A stretch of 64,000 nucleotides of DNA from Thermomicrobia bacterium (GCA_044464585.1 JBIQLF010000004.1:7487-71486), one strand, 5' to 3'; counted from the stretch's first letter, positions 35,791-47,975 are shown. Notes: a model not told the origin generated them from the letters alone. Translations and numbers: made by a program.

Positions 35791-37011
35791 CTACCGGATC
35801 TGCGCATCATGCAGTGCGATCCGGCGGATCACCAGGAAGTTCACGACCAGGCAAACCACCGCAAATTCCGAGAGGAACATGAACGCGATGGCGTGGGACC
35901 CGGTGAGTCCTTGCACTGCGCTGACGACCAGCGGTGGAAAGAACCCTCCCAACCCGCCGGCCGAACCAACGAGCCCAGTCACCGTACCGGGATACGCCGG
36001 GAACATCGTCGCAACGAGCTTGAATACCGCGCCATTGCCGATCCCGAAGATCGCGCCCATGACCAGGAATGTCGCCATGAGCTTCGTCAGCGCCGGCTGG
36101 AAGGCCAGCACGATCGCCAGCGCGGCTGCCGCAATGAACACCACATTCAGGATCGTGGCACTGGCGAGCCGGTCGGCCAGATAGCCACCGGCCGGGCGCG
36201 CGAGCGTCGCCACGACGATAAACGCGGCCGTCCAGGAACCCGCTTCCGATTTCGATGTGCCATATTGCTCGACGAGCAGGGTCGGCAGAATGAGACTGAC
36301 GCCCACGAATCCGCCAAATGTCACGAAATAGAAAAGTGCCAATACCCAGGCCGTCGGTTGGTGGCGAAAGATGGCGATTTGCTCGTTCATGCTGAGCAAC
36401 ACCCGATGCGAGACGGGTGGCTCGCGCCAGAAGAACCAGAAAACGAGCGCCATCGCCACCACGATTGGAATGAAGCACCAGCTGGTTCCTGGCAGCCCGA
36501 ACCGCCCTTCCAGCCGGGGAGCCGCGACATTGGTCACAGCAGTGCCGATATTGCCCATACCGTAGATACCGAGAGCAAAACCCTTGCGCGCCGGAGAGAA
36601 CCAACTGGAAACCAGCGGCACGCCGATGGCAAATGAGGACCCTGCAATTCCAAGCACGAACGCGGCCGCCAGCAGCATCGGATAAGAGGTGCTGAGTCCG
36701 AGCAGCACGAGCGGAATCGTCAATCCGGCCAGCAATACCACGAAGGCGATCCCCCCGATGCGGTCGGTGATGATGCCCATGGGTATGCGAGCCAACGATC
36801 CGAGCAGCACTGGAGCAGCGAGCAACAGACCGATCTGGAAGCTCGACAGATCGAATTCTTCACGGATCGTTGGCGCCAGCGGAGCGATCAATCCCCACGC
36901 TGCAAAGCTGACCATGAAGGCGGCCGTCGTTAGAACGAGCGCGCGCGTCGAACCGCTCGACTTCGTCTTCTCGGAGTTGGCTATCGGTGTTTCCAACGTC
37001 GACGTGCTCAT
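35791..37011 (-). CDS. narK: Nitrate/nitrite transporter NarK (MFS)
   Basis: 12-TM MFS protein with NarK signatures GSLARIPMGIITDRIGG and GIGNGAVFKLV. Last gene of the nar cluster. ATG at 37011. Confidence 0.85.
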   Translation of the reverse strand: MSTSTLETPIANSEKTKSSGSTRALVLTTAAFMVSFAAWGLIAPLAPTIREEFDLSSFQIGLLLAAPVLLGSLARIPMGIITDRIGGIAFVVLLAGLTIPLVLLGLSTSYPMLLAAAFVLGIAGSSFAIGVPLVSSWFSPARKGFALGIYGMGNIGTAVTNVAAPRLEGRFGLPGTSWCFIPIVVAMALVFWFFWREPPVSHRVLLSMNEQIAIFRHQPTAWVLALFYFVTFGGFVGVSLILPTLLVEQYGTSKSEAGSWTAAFIVVATLARPAGGYLADRLASATILNVVFIAAAALAIVLAFQPALTKLMATFLVMGAIFGIGNGAVFKLVATMFPAYPGTVTGLVGSAGGLGGFFPPLVVSAVQGLTGSHAIAFMFLSEFAVVCLVVNFLVIRRIALHDAQIR

Positions 37012-37048
37012 AGGCGGCCACCCGCGACCCATCACAACCCACAACCCG

Positions 37049-37681
37049 TCAAATCGAGAGAAAAGTCCCTTGCCCGCATGTCGCGGCGATGCGTGCCGTG
37101 CGCTCGATATACGGGCGGTAATAGGAGTGTCCCGCGCATGCGCGGCAGAGCGTTATGCCATCGCGGACGATTTCGCGCTCATTGTTGATTTCCTCGTGAC
37201 ACCAATCGCAAAGGGCACGCGCGCCCGCGCGGCTGACGATCGATTCGACCGGCGTGATCAGTTCCACCGGAGTCCAGTCGAGCAGCAGATGATCGGGCAT
37301 GTGTCGATAGCCGACCAACTGCGTATGCCACGGGTCCTCGCCGGTCGGAGCAAAGCTCGCGGCCAGCGCGCGCGACTGCGCCCGCGGCACAATGCGAAAT
37401 GCGCGGCGGCTTCGTGTGTCGATCACGGTCGCCGCGACTTTGCCGAAATCCTCGAAACGGAGTGTCCGGTGACCGATCGAGCAACCGGTCGATACCTCGA
37501 TGCCATCCGCGACACAACCGTCGGTCTCGACGATGGTCAGGATTCGCTTGTCTTGCTGAGGCAGATCGACCTCCAACAAGCGTCCTGCCAACAACCCCAT
37601 TCGCACCCCGAGCACTTGCCGGGGACAAAGGTGGCGGTGGCGCGCCGCGCTTTCCGAGAGCATCGTCTCCAGCGGTTTCAT
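37049..37681 (-). CDS. FmdE-domain protein with C-terminal zinc ribbon
   Basis: HRHLCPRQVLGVRMG...ETDGCVADGIEVSTGCSIGHRTLRFEDFGKVAAT is the FmdE-family pattern. C-terminal CDWCHEE...CRAC. Its ATG overlaps the narI stop (ATGA). The 400-aa track ORF is a fusion artefact. Confidence 0.75.
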   Translation of the reverse strand: MKPLETMLSESAARHRHLCPRQVLGVRMGLLAGRLLEVDLPQQDKRILTIVETDGCVADGIEVSTGCSIGHRTLRFEDFGKVAATVIDTRSRRAFRIVPRAQSRALAASFAPTGEDPWHTQLVGYRHMPDHLLLDWTPVELITPVESIVSRAGARALCDWCHEEINNEREIVRDGITLCRACAGHSYYRPYIERTARIAATCGQGTFLSI

Positions 37682-38391
37682 CCCATTCCCCTCACGTTCG
37701 TGCCAGGGTGGGTCGCAGCGCTCCGCGGCCGCCGGTTCCAGATCACCACCTGATACGGCCGCCAGAGATACGTCACCGGAGCGGTGACGATATGAACGAG
37801 ACGGGTGAAGGGAAAGAGCGCCAGCAGCACGAACCCGCCAAGCATGTGCAATTTGACGACCCACGGCAGCACCGTAACGGTCTCGATTTGCGGATCGAGC
37901 ACGACCAGCGATCGTAGCCACGGGACCGCCGTGTGCAGATACCAATCCGACCCCCAGCGGTACATCAGCGCGACCCAGAATCCGAGGGCAATCTGCGCCA
38001 TCAACGCGACGAGCAGGATCCAGTCGAGAAGGGTCGTCACCGCAAAAACGCGCCAATTGAACAACCGCCGCAGGATCAGAATGGCGAGTCCAATGATGGT
38101 GACAACGGCCAATGAGAGGCCGATCACCTCCAGCACATAGAGTCGATCGGGCGACGCGATCAGCACGCCCCACCAACCGGGAAAGAGAACCGCGAGCAAG
38201 TGCGCCAGCAAGATGAGGATTACCCCGTAGTGCCAGGAAACCGATCCCCAAAAGAGCGCGCGATTTCCCAGGAACTGCGAGGACTGGCTCGAAAAGGAAA
38301 AGCGATCCCGGCGATAGCGGGCGATACTCCCGATAACGGCGACGACGACGGCGACGTAGGGAAAGCTCGCGAAGAGAATCGAATCAGCCAT
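37678..38391 (-). CDS. narI: Respiratory nitrate reductase gamma subunit NarI
   Basis: Five-TM cytochrome b pattern (FWGSVSWHYGVILILLAH...VKLHMLGGF...RLVH). ATG at 38391 overlaps the narJ end. Confidence 0.9.
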   Translation of the reverse strand: MADSILFASFPYVAVVVAVIGSIARYRRDRFSFSSQSSQFLGNRALFWGSVSWHYGVILILLAHLLAVLFPGWWGVLIASPDRLYVLEVIGLSLAVVTIIGLAILILRRLFNWRVFAVTTLLDWILLVALMAQIALGFWVALMYRWGSDWYLHTAVPWLRSLVVLDPQIETVTVLPWVVKLHMLGGFVLLALFPFTRLVHIVTAPVTYLWRPYQVVIWNRRPRSAATHPGTNVRGMG

Positions 38392-39028
38392 GACATGGCC
38401 CTCCGCCGGCGAAAATGGCGCTGGCGGCCGGCGCCAGCTCCCGCGTTTCCTCTTCCGGATCGTTGTCTCGCAGAACCAGTCGCAACGCTTCCAGGAGATC
38501 GACGAATGGCGCGCGTCGCGCCGCGGCCGAATCCGGCAACTTTTCCGCATCGGGCGACTCATCCAGATCGGGCGATTTGATTCGTCCCGTCATGCGGTCG
38601 AGTGCCGGCAGCACGGCATCGACCACGAGTTCGCGGGCCTGATCCTCGTCAGCGGTATTGGCCAGGCACCGTAAGATCACCGCCAGATGGTCCGGCAGAT
38701 CGCCAGACGGGGTATAAGCCTGCGCTCCGAAACGATCATTGAGTCCGAGCAGAAACACACTGCGCTTGTAGCTCTCCCCGAACAAGTGGTAGCCGATATA
38801 CGGCGCGCACTTCGGATCGAGGTCGAACACGCCGGTATATGCTTCCTCGATCTCGGTGAGTCGGGTCTGCGTCGCGTATCCGGCAAATCCGCTGACCAGC
38901 GGGGCCGCGTCCGATTGCTCCGATTCCAGCAGCGCCGCGCAAGCCGTCGCGTTGGCGGGCAAGGCGGTATCCGGGTAGTCGAGCATGCTGGCGAAATAGA
39001 CGAGGCTGGGGTGCGTCGCAAGCGCCAT
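38384..39028 (-). CDS. narJ: Nitrate reductase molybdenum cofactor assembly chaperone NarJ
   Basis: TorD/NarJ-family pattern EEAYTGVFDL...YIGYHLFGESYKRSVFL, lying between narH and narI. Confidence 0.85.
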   Translation of the reverse strand: MALATHPSLVYFASMLDYPDTALPANATACAALLESEQSDAAPLVSGFAGYATQTRLTEIEEAYTGVFDLDPKCAPYIGYHLFGESYKRSVFLLGLNDRFGAQAYTPSGDLPDHLAVILRCLANTADEDQARELVVDAVLPALDRMTGRIKSPDLDESPDAEKLPDSAAARRAPFVDLLEALRLVLRDNDPEEETRELAPAASAIFAGGGPCHG

Positions 39029-39030
39029 GG

Positions 39031-40560
<1,530 letters not shown>

Positions 40561-40640
40561 CGTTCTCCTCTCCGTTTCCCCATTCGCTGCCGGTTGCCGT
40601 TCACGGGCAGAATGCGTGTGTCAGGACCTCGCGATCGCGA

Positions 40641-43600
40641 CTACCACTCGAGCTTCTGAAGCTTGCGAATCACGCAATAGGTATCGCGCGTCAGGATGCC
40701 GATCGGCCCCCAATAGTTGAATCCGTACGAAAACTGGCCATATCCACCGGCCAGCTCGACCGGATTGAGCCGGGTCCGCGTCAAGCTGTTGTGGCCGCCG
40801 GCGCGCTTGCCGTGCCGGATTTGCGATTTGGGGATGTAGACGGTTCGTTCCACCGCGTGGTAGTAGAGGCAGGTACCGGGCTGGACCCGGGCGCTGACAG
40901 CGGCGCGGCTGACGACGACCCCGTTGTCGTTGTAGACCTCGATCCAGTCGTTATCCTTGAGTCCGATACGGTCGGCGTCCTTGTCGTTGATCCAGACCGG
41001 ATCCATTCCGCGCGAAAGCGTCAACATCCGCAGGTTGTCCTTGTAAGTGGAATGGATATTCCACTTGCCATGCGGGGTGATGTAGTTGAGCACCAGGCAC
41101 TGATCGTCCACGGGGCTGGCGACGATATCCCCGGTCTTGACCGGATCGAGTTTTGGCTTGAAGGTCGGCAAGTTCTCGCCGAAGTCGATGTAATGCGGAT
41201 GATCGACATAGAGATGCTGGCGCCCGGTCAGGGTGCGCCAGGGGATCAACCGCTCCACATTCAACACCCAGGCGGAATAGGCCCGGCCTTCGTTCATGTT
41301 GCCGGACCAGCACGGGCTGGTCAGCGTTCGCCGGACCTGTCGGGTTATGTCGCCAAAATTCATGCGGACGCCGCGAGTCCCTTCGGCCAGATCGGCCAGC
41401 GGCAACCCGATGCGCGCTTCCTCGTGTTTGAAGGCTTCGTAGGCAATTTCGCCGTTGCTCTCCGGCGCAAGTTGGAGCACGACATTGGCGGCGTCGAGCG
41501 CGTCCTCCAGACTGGGATAGCGCTGCCCGTCCCACTCCACACAACGCATGTGCCGGGTGTCGGGTGAAGCGTTGACCGGGTTTTCGAGCAGCTCGTCGTA
41601 GAAACGCTCGATCGGGAATTGCACGCCATTGCCGTTGATGCCATCCTGGCGAATGAGCGGTCCAAGCGAGATGAAGCGACGGTAAATCTGGCTGTAATCG
41701 CGTTCCGTCAACCGGAAATGCGGCATCGTCTTGCCGGGAATTGCCTCGCATTCTCCCGCGCGCCAATCCAGCGGCTGGGTCTGTGCCAGCTCATCCGGGG
41801 TGTCATGCAACAACGGAACGCTGACGAGATCGGCCACCGGTTCTGGAAAGACGCTGGGCGCCATCTCACTGACTTTGCGCGCCAGCGCCTTGAAGATTTC
41901 CCAATCGGTTTTCGATTCCCAAACCGGGGGCACCGCGGCGCCAAGCGGATGGATGAACGAGTGCATATCGGTGCTATTGAGATCGTTCTTCTCATACCAG
42001 AATGCGCTCGGCAGAACGATGTCCGAATAGAGCGCCGACGAATCCATCCGGAAGTTGAGATCCACCACGAGGTCCATCTTGCCGCGCGGCGCGGGTTCCC
42101 GGAATTCGACGGTCTCGACCGAACCGGCCGCCCGCTCGGTGGCGACGATGTTGTCGTGCGTGCCCAGGTAGTGGCGCAAGAAGAATTCGTGGCCCTTGGC
42201 ACTCGACTGAATCGCATTTCCGCGCCAGATGAGCCAAACGCGCGGCCAGTTCTCTTCGGCGTCGGGATCGTCGATTGCGAAATCGACCGCGCCAGTTGCG
42301 AGCTGCCGGGCCGTCCACTGTTCGACATCGGTTCCCTCGGCCTGCGCGCCCGCGGTCGCTTCCGCGGCGAGATCGAGCGGATTGCGATTGAACTGTGGAT
42401 AAAATGGCATCCAGCCCATCCGGACCGACCGTGCTCCCTGGTCGACCGCATGGCCTTTCGCCCATTTGGCATCGGGAGGAACGGCGGCGTACTCGGTGAA
42501 GTCGCCCTCGTACCGCCATTGATCGCTATGGACGTAGTGCCAGAGTGGGGTTTGCTGGCGGCGCGGCGGTTTCACCCAGTCAGTAGCGAATGCCAGGCTG
42601 TTCCACGGCGCGACCAGTGACAGTTTCTCCTGTCCAACATAGTGATTCATGCCGCCGCCGTTGCGACCGCAACAACCGCAAAGGATCAACGCGGTGATTG
42701 GCGCTCGATAGGCCAGATTGTTGTAATACCAATGGTTGATGCTGGCGCCAATGATGATCATCGTGCGCCCTTCGGTCGTTTCGGAATTGGCGGCGAATTC
42801 GCGTGCCAGCCGGATCACGGTGTCCCGGCCGATATCGGTGTACTGCTCCTGCCAGGCCGGCGTATACGGAAGCGGGTCGTCGTAACTGGCCGGATAGTCG
42901 CCGGCAAGTCCGCGACCGACCGCGAAATTGGCCATCAGCAGATCGAAGGCGGTGGTGACGGGGATACGCCCATCGTCCGTGTCCAGGTAAATGACCGGGA
43001 CGCCGCGATAATGCGTCTGCTCACCCGCGAAATCGCGAAATGCCACTGGCAGGACGCTTTCATGCGATCCGAGGAGTGTGAGCGCCGGATCGATCGGACT
43101 GTCGTCGAGACCGTCTTCCGACAGGAGATTCCATTTGCCGAGCTCTTCGCCCCACCGGAACCCAACGGTGCCTTTTGGCATCTTTGGTTGTCGAAGCTGC
43201 TGATCGAAAACGAGCATCTTCCAATCGCCGTTCTCGACATCGCGATACCGCTCGATTCGATTGGCGCGCACGAGCTGACCGGACCGATAGCCTTTGCCAT
43301 CTTCTTCGAGCGCGACCAGGAATGGGCCATCGGTATAGCGTTTGAGATAGTCGATGAAATACGGCACCTGCCGGTCGACGTAGAACTCCTGGAGAATGAC
43401 GTGATTGATCGCCATCCAGAAGGCGGTGTCCTGCCCGGCCTGGATCGGAATCCACCAGTCGGAATATTTCGCGACCTGGCTGAAATCGGGAGCAATGACC
43501 ACGAACTTGGTGCCGTTATGTCGCGCTTCCGAAATGAAGTGGACATCGGGCGTGCGGGTCATATTGAGGTTCGACCCCATCGAGATGATGTATTTGCTGT

Positions 43601-44285
43601 TGTACCAGTCCGCGCTCTCGCAGACGTCGGTTTGGTCGCCCCACACTTCCGGAAACGCATTTGGCAGGTCGGCATACCAGTCGTAAAAGCTCATATTGAC
43701 GCCGCCGAAGAGCTGCAGAAAACGTGAGCCGGCGGCATACGACAGATACGACATGGCTGGAATCGGAGAAAATCCGAATACCCGATCCGGCCCCCACTTC
43801 CTGGCCGTGTAAAGACACGCGGCGGCGACGATTTCCAGAACCTCGTCCCAGGCGACGCGGCGAAAACCGCCTTTGCCGCGCGCCCGCTGGAAACGCGTCC
43901 GCTTGACCGGGTTTTCAGCGATCTCGGCCCAGGCATCGACCGCGTTGGCATGACGCGAACGCGCGTCGCGCCAGAGATCGAGCAGCGCCCCGCGGACGTA
44001 GGGATATTTGATGCGGATCGGACTGTAGACATACCAGGATGCGGAAATGCCGCGCTGGCAACCGCGGGGTTCGTAGGGCGGCAAATTCGGATCGAGCTGC
44101 GGATAGTCGACCTGCTGCATCTCCCAGGTGATGATCCCGTCCTTGACGAAGACCGCCCAGGAACATCCCCCCGTGCAGTTCACCCCGTGGGTACTGCGGA
44201 TGACGTTGTCGCTCTGAAAACGGTTGCGGTAGAACTCCTCCCACTGCCGCGCTTTCGGATTGATCAAGTCTTGTATCCAGCCCAT
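40641..44285 (-). CDS. narG: Respiratory nitrate reductase alpha subunit NarG
   Basis: 1214 aa from the ATG at 44285. N-terminal FS0 motif [11 protein letters not shown]. Mo-bisPGD enzyme length and composition. No Tat signal, so it is a cytoplasm-facing Nar type. Confidence 0.95.
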   Translation of the reverse strand: MGWIQDLINPKARQWEEFYRNRFQSDNVIRSTHGVNCTGGCSWAVFVKDGIITWEMQQVDYPQLDPNLPPYEPRGCQRGISASWYVYSPIRIKYPYVRGALLDLWRDARSRHANAVDAWAEIAENPVKRTRFQRARGKGGFRRVAWDEVLEIVAAACLYTARKWGPDRVFGFSPIPAMSYLSYAAGSRFLQLFGGVNMSFYDWYADLPNAFPEVWGDQTDVCESADWYNSKYIISMGSNLNMTRTPDVHFISEARHNGTKFVVIAPDFSQVAKYSDWWIPIQAGQDTAFWMAINHVILQEFYVDRQVPYFIDYLKRYTDGPFLVALEEDGKGYRSGQLVRANRIERYRDVENGDWKMLVFDQQLRQPKMPKGTVGFRWGEELGKWNLLSEDGLDDSPIDPALTLLGSHESVLPVAFRDFAGEQTHYRGVPVIYLDTDDGRIPVTTAFDLLMANFAVGRGLAGDYPASYDDPLPYTPAWQEQYTDIGRDTVIRLAREFAANSETTEGRTMIIIGASINHWYYNNLAYRAPITALILCGCCGRNGGGMNHYVGQEKLSLVAPWNSLAFATDWVKPPRRQQTPLWHYVHSDQWRYEGDFTEYAAVPPDAKWAKGHAVDQGARSVRMGWMPFYPQFNRNPLDLAAEATAGAQAEGTDVEQWTARQLATGAVDFAIDDPDAEENWPRVWLIWRGNAIQSSAKGHEFFLRHYLGTHDNIVATERAAGSVETVEFREPAPRGKMDLVVDLNFRMDSSALYSDIVLPSAFWYEKNDLNSTDMHSFIHPLGAAVPPVWESKTDWEIFKALARKVSEMAPSVFPEPVADLVSVPLLHDTPDELAQTQPLDWRAGECEAIPGKTMPHFRLTERDYSQIYRRFISLGPLIRQDGINGNGVQFPIERFYDELLENPVNASPDTRHMRCVEWDGQRYPSLEDALDAANVVLQLAPESNGEIAYEAFKHEEARIGLPLADLAEGTRGVRMNFGDITRQVRRTLTSPCWSGNMNEGRAYSAWVLNVERLIPWRTLTGRQHLYVDHPHYIDFGENLPTFKPKLDPVKTGDIVASPVDDQCLVLNYITPHGKWNIHSTYKDNLRMLTLSRGMDPVWINDKDADRIGLKDNDWIEVYNDNGVVVSRAAVSARVQPGTCLYYHAVERTVYIPKSQIRHGKRAGGHNSLTRTRLNPVELAGGYGQFSYGFNYWGPIGILTRDTYCVIRKLQKLEW

Positions 44286-44331
44286 CGTTATCTGACCTTC
44301 CTGATCGACCGACCCGGTTTTCGGACTCCGC

Positions 44332-45189
44332 TCATTTCCGCCTGCCCATGACCATCGGACCGCGGACGCCTCGCAAACGACCTCGCCAAATGAATTCCGC
44401 CAGCAGCAGGAACGCCGCCGCGCCGACCAAGGCAAGCGCCGACAGTTTGATGACCGCGTTTGCGGGACGTCCGGTCAGCGACGCCTGATCCAGGAACGCC
44501 ACCAGATCGGCGCGTTCCTGCGCCGTCAGCGGATGCGGCCCCCAAATGACACTCATCGTCTGGGTCGGCGGATTCCCCAGGAATGCATCCAGCCCGGTGG
44601 GACCGCCATACGTGTGGACCGCCTGGGTGAGATCGGGACCAAGCTGGCCACCGCCCAGAGCGCCGATGCCGCTCACGCTGTGGCAGGCGATGCACGCCGG
44701 TCCGCCGCCGCTGAAGCGGCTGGCGCCGGTGAACTGCTCTTTCCCACGGGTGACATCACCCACCAGCGGCGCCGTGGTGGCGACGGGCGAAGCGGCTGGG
44801 GCAGCTCCGCTCTGGGAATCGATATATGCCAGCACCGCTTCCGCTTCGGCATCGGTCAAACCGAGGTTTGGCATGACGATCCCGGGGAATTCATTGGTCA
44901 GCGCGATCGCGGTCGCATCGCCCTCGGCCACCATGCGGTCGGGCGCGGTGATCCACTGGACGAGCCAGGTGTGATCGCGCAGGGAGCTGACGTCTTTCAG
45001 GTCCGGACCGACCAGCTTCCCCTGCCCGATCGTGTGGCACCCGAGACACTTCTGATCGAAGATGGTTTGCCCCTGGGACACCTGGGTGGTTTGCGCGACG
45101 ATGACACCGGAGACCGCCACGATCAGGAGAACGGTGAGCACGATCGAACGCACGATGGTACGGCGCGGCGAACGCGATCCACTCGACAT
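44332..45189 (-). CDS. Membrane-anchored dihaem cytochrome c (NarC-like)
   Basis: N-terminal TM/signal, two CxxCH motifs (CLGCH, CIACH) and a C-terminal TM ([17 protein letters not shown]). First gene of the nar cluster. ATG at 45189 with GAGAGGAAG upstream. Confidence 0.8.
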   Translation of the reverse strand: MSSGSRSPRRTIVRSIVLTVLLIVAVSGVIVAQTTQVSQGQTIFDQKCLGCHTIGQGKLVGPDLKDVSSLRDHTWLVQWITAPDRMVAEGDATAIALTNEFPGIVMPNLGLTDAEAEAVLAYIDSQSGAAPAASPVATTAPLVGDVTRGKEQFTGASRFSGGGPACIACHSVSGIGALGGGQLGPDLTQAVHTYGGPTGLDAFLGNPPTQTMSVIWGPHPLTAQERADLVAFLDQASLTGRPANAVIKLSALALVGAAAFLLLAEFIWRGRLRGVRGPMVMGRRK

Positions 45190-45254
45190 CGGACTTCCTC
45201 TCCCAACGCGATGCATCGATTCGAATCTCCCTCGGCAGACGAGGCGCCGCTCGC

Positions 45255-45500
45255 CTAGAGCGGCGGTTGGTGGCCCGAAACGGCCGCGACGAAGGCGAGC
45301 ACATCGGCCACTCGCTGAAAACGGCCTTCCATTCCGGTTTCGACCGACCGGATCCGCCACTCCCAGCGCGACCCGCGCTCATCGTCTCCCGAGTCGAAGG
45401 TCACGACGATCACGAGCGTTGCCGAACGTGGCGTTGCCGGTTCCCCGGACGGCTCGCCCTTCCCTGTCTTCTTCCCCTGTATCGCAGATGGGTCTTTCAT
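45255..45500 (-). CDS. Small hypothetical protein (81 codons)
   Basis: Protein-like segment TLVIVVTFDSGDDERGSRWEWRIRSVETGMEGRFQRVADVLAFVAAV. There is no convincing SD before the ATG at 45500. It lies between the regulator and narC. Confidence 0.35.
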   Translation of the reverse strand: MKDPSAIQGKKTGKGEPSGEPATPRSATLVIVVTFDSGDDERGSRWEWRIRSVETGMEGRFQRVADVLAFVAAVSGHQPPL

Positions 45501-45671
45501 CGCGCTTACACAAGGACGACGGAAAGCTCATGCCCTGGTCGGAGCCGGGACTCGACGCGTACGGCGTTTGGAACAAGCAACGGCGTATCCGACCGCGGTC
45601 GGACACACCATCGCCCACTGTTCTTTCGATGGGCTTACAAAAAGGAGAACGGTCCGAGCCGCGGGCGGTCG

Positions 45672-47975
45672 TTACCGGGGGGTTGCGCGGACCAGCCGAA
45701 TCAACGCCTCGGTTTCCGGGAGGGGGGCGATGTCGAGCTCCGTCTGCAATCGATGGGCAAAACGCTCGAATTGCAACAGCGCTTCGTCACGCCGCCCCGC
45801 GCGCCAAAGCGCTTCGATCAATTCGCGCTGGGTCTGCTCGCGCAAAGGATCGGTTCGCAGGATTTCGCGATAGCTGCCGATTGCGCGCTCGCGGTCATCG
45901 TGCCGGGCGTGGTGGGCGGCCATCCACTGCAGCGCGCCGAGATAGGTTTCCTTCAGATGTTCACGATCGAGCAACGCCCATTCGGCATAGCGATCCTCGC
46001 AGAATAGATCGCCCCGATAGAGCTTGATCGCCGCCTCGAACGCGTCGAGCGCCGCGCGCGGTTCCCCATTCGTTTGCGCGCGTTGGCCTTCCGCAATGAG
46101 CTCTCTGAATTCGATCAGGTCGACCCAGCAGGCCTGGTGCGAGTCGAACAGATAATGATCCCCATCGAAGTGGATGAACCGCCAGTCGCTACCCGGAGAA
46201 GCCGGTTCGACAGTGTCACGCAACGCATGGACGACACCATGGAGCCGGTTCGATCCGGAATCAGGATCACATTCGGGCCAGAGCCATTCGATCAGAGATT
46301 CTTTGGCCAGCGGCGTTCCGGCATGAAGCACGAGGAGTTTCAGCAGCATCTGCGCCTTGCGTCGCTTGAATGCCTGGGGCGGCAGCGCTTTGCCATTCCG
46401 CTCGATCTCGAACGACCCCAGACACCGAATCCGCAGATAGGGACGATCGCCATGCCGGTGTATGGCCGCGGGCCCAACGGGTGAGTCGACTCCGGCGCCG
46501 GCGTTTTCGGTGACGGGACGTGATCCCCGGTGGTGCTCGATACCACCGCGCACCAGGGACAGCATCATTCCCGCATGGGCCGCGAACTCGAGCAGCAGAC
46601 TCAGATGACGGGTCGGAGGAAGCGGGGCAACATCGCGGTATATGAGCTGGATGAGACCGATATCTTCCCCTCCGTGCCGCATCGGTACACACGAGGTCGA
46701 AGAGCCCAGTCGAGCCGCCTGCTGGCAGGGCAGCGGCCACTGGCGACGTGGGCCGAACAAGGCGATGCCATGTCCTGCGCCCAGCGCAGGACATGCGCCG
46801 GCCAGGTGTGCCGAGTCCGCACAGGGGGCTAGCGCGACGGCATCGATGCCGTCGCTGAGCGTCCGCAATGGGGCGCCATGTACGCGATCGTAGAGCGTGA
46901 TCGTTCCCGCGTCGGCTCCTGCCAGGTCGCGCGCTTGCCCGAGCACCGCAATGAGGAGCGCATCCAGATCGCGGTCGCTGGCGGGCTGGTCGCCCGCGCC
47001 CGTCAAATCCAGCCGGGATGCTTGCAATAGCCCAGCCTGAATCGCGATGGCAATTGGAACGCTGCACCATGTCAGCAGGCGCAGAGCTTCGCTGGCGCCG
47101 AACCCCTCGTCTCGTGAGCCAACGCAAAGAACCCCAAGAGTTCGGTCTCCCATCCGCAGCGGAACGCAGACATACGCTTGGAACCCTTCGCGCTTGATTG
47201 CATCGCGCAGGAATCGCTGATCGTGGGAAAGCTCCGTGCTGACGATCGCTTCTCCTCGTTCGACGACGAGTCCCGGAAATCCCTGTCCTGGGGTGAAACG
47301 AGGTCGCTGGCAAAACGCGCGCCAGAATGGTCCACGATAGGCGGTCAGCAGCACATCGCAGCCGGTCGGCTCGGTCAAGAAGATCTCCGCCGAATCGGCC
47401 GCGGTGGCCGTCCGCAGCAGATCGAGCGCTCGTTCCAGGCTGGTTTCGAGTTGTCCCGGTTCGAGCGATGTCGACAGGTTCGCAAACGCCATCAACGCGT
47501 GCAGGATGCCGGAGGGCGGTTCTGGATCGCTCAGAGGATCCGAAATTGGGCGTGTGGCGCCATCCACCGTTGCGTCGGAGAAGCGACCTACCGCGCCGCC
47601 AATATGGCGTGGGAGCGCCTGCAGCTCGCATCGAATCCGACGCGCGTTCGGACCGCCATTGGTGACATCCATCAGGCATTCCGCGGTCGCCCTGCCATCG
47701 CCAAGGAGTTGGAATGACGGGCAATCCGCCTGGCAAACGAAGCCGCGCTGGCCGTTCTTGCCACGGACCAATGAGTAGCAGGGTCGCCCGAGCGCCTGGG
47801 CGGCGGGGGTGGCGAGGAGGGCGGCGGCGCGATCGCTCCATTCGGTGACGATCTGCTGCCGGTCGACGACAAAATACGCGCCGGAATCGTCACGATATTC
47901 CTCTTGGCCAGTACCATCGACGACCATCGATGCCTGCCTTCGTTCATCGCCCTCGAATTGGGGGTAGAGTAGCAC
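45672..47975 (-). CDS. Multi-sensor transcriptional activator: PAS + two GAF-like regions + SARP winged-helix/BTAD
   Basis: 767 aa. The N-terminal PAS-like region contains C-x14-C-x3-C. Two GAF-like blocks follow. The C-terminus LRIRCLGSFEIERNG...LLKLLVLH...LYRGDLF...RELIEALWRAGRRDEAL is typical of the DnrI/AfsR (SARP) DNA-binding plus BTAD module. Start uncertain: GTG at 47975 or ATG at 47927. Confidence 0.75.
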   Translation of the reverse strand: MLLYPQFEGDERRQASMVVDGTGQEEYRDDSGAYFVVDRQQIVTEWSDRAAALLATPAAQALGRPCYSLVRGKNGQRGFVCQADCPSFQLLGDGRATAECLMDVTNGGPNARRIRCELQALPRHIGGAVGRFSDATVDGATRPISDPLSDPEPPSGILHALMAFANLSTSLEPGQLETSLERALDLLRTATAADSAEIFLTEPTGCDVLLTAYRGPFWRAFCQRPRFTPGQGFPGLVVERGEAIVSTELSHDQRFLRDAIKREGFQAYVCVPLRMGDRTLGVLCVGSRDEGFGASEALRLLTWCSVPIAIAIQAGLLQASRLDLTGAGDQPASDRDLDALLIAVLGQARDLAGADAGTITLYDRVHGAPLRTLSDGIDAVALAPCADSAHLAGACPALGAGHGIALFGPRRQWPLPCQQAARLGSSTSCVPMRHGGEDIGLIQLIYRDVAPLPPTRHLSLLLEFAAHAGMMLSLVRGGIEHHRGSRPVTENAGAGVDSPVGPAAIHRHGDRPYLRIRCLGSFEIERNGKALPPQAFKRRKAQMLLKLLVLHAGTPLAKESLIEWLWPECDPDSGSNRLHGVVHALRDTVEPASPGSDWRFIHFDGDHYLFDSHQACWVDLIEFRELIAEGQRAQTNGEPRAALDAFEAAIKLYRGDLFCEDRYAEWALLDREHLKETYLGALQWMAAHHARHDDRERAIGSYREILRTDPLREQTQRELIEALWRAGRRDEALLQFERFAHRLQTELDIAPLPETEALIRLVRATPR

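Noticed and set aside
37682-38251. N-terminal 190 aa of the 400-aa track ORF 37049-38251
   Set aside because: This part overlaps narI in another frame and is Arg/Ala-rich noise. The FmdE homology starts exactly at the internal ATG at 37681, which is coupled to the narI stop.
45062-46027. 321-aa plus-strand ORF and the 524-aa alternate-frame ORF 46267-47841
   Set aside because: Both overlap the cytochrome c gene, the small ORF or the regulator and are extremely Arg/Pro/Ser-rich. The regulator frame carries the recognisable SARP/BTAD sequence.
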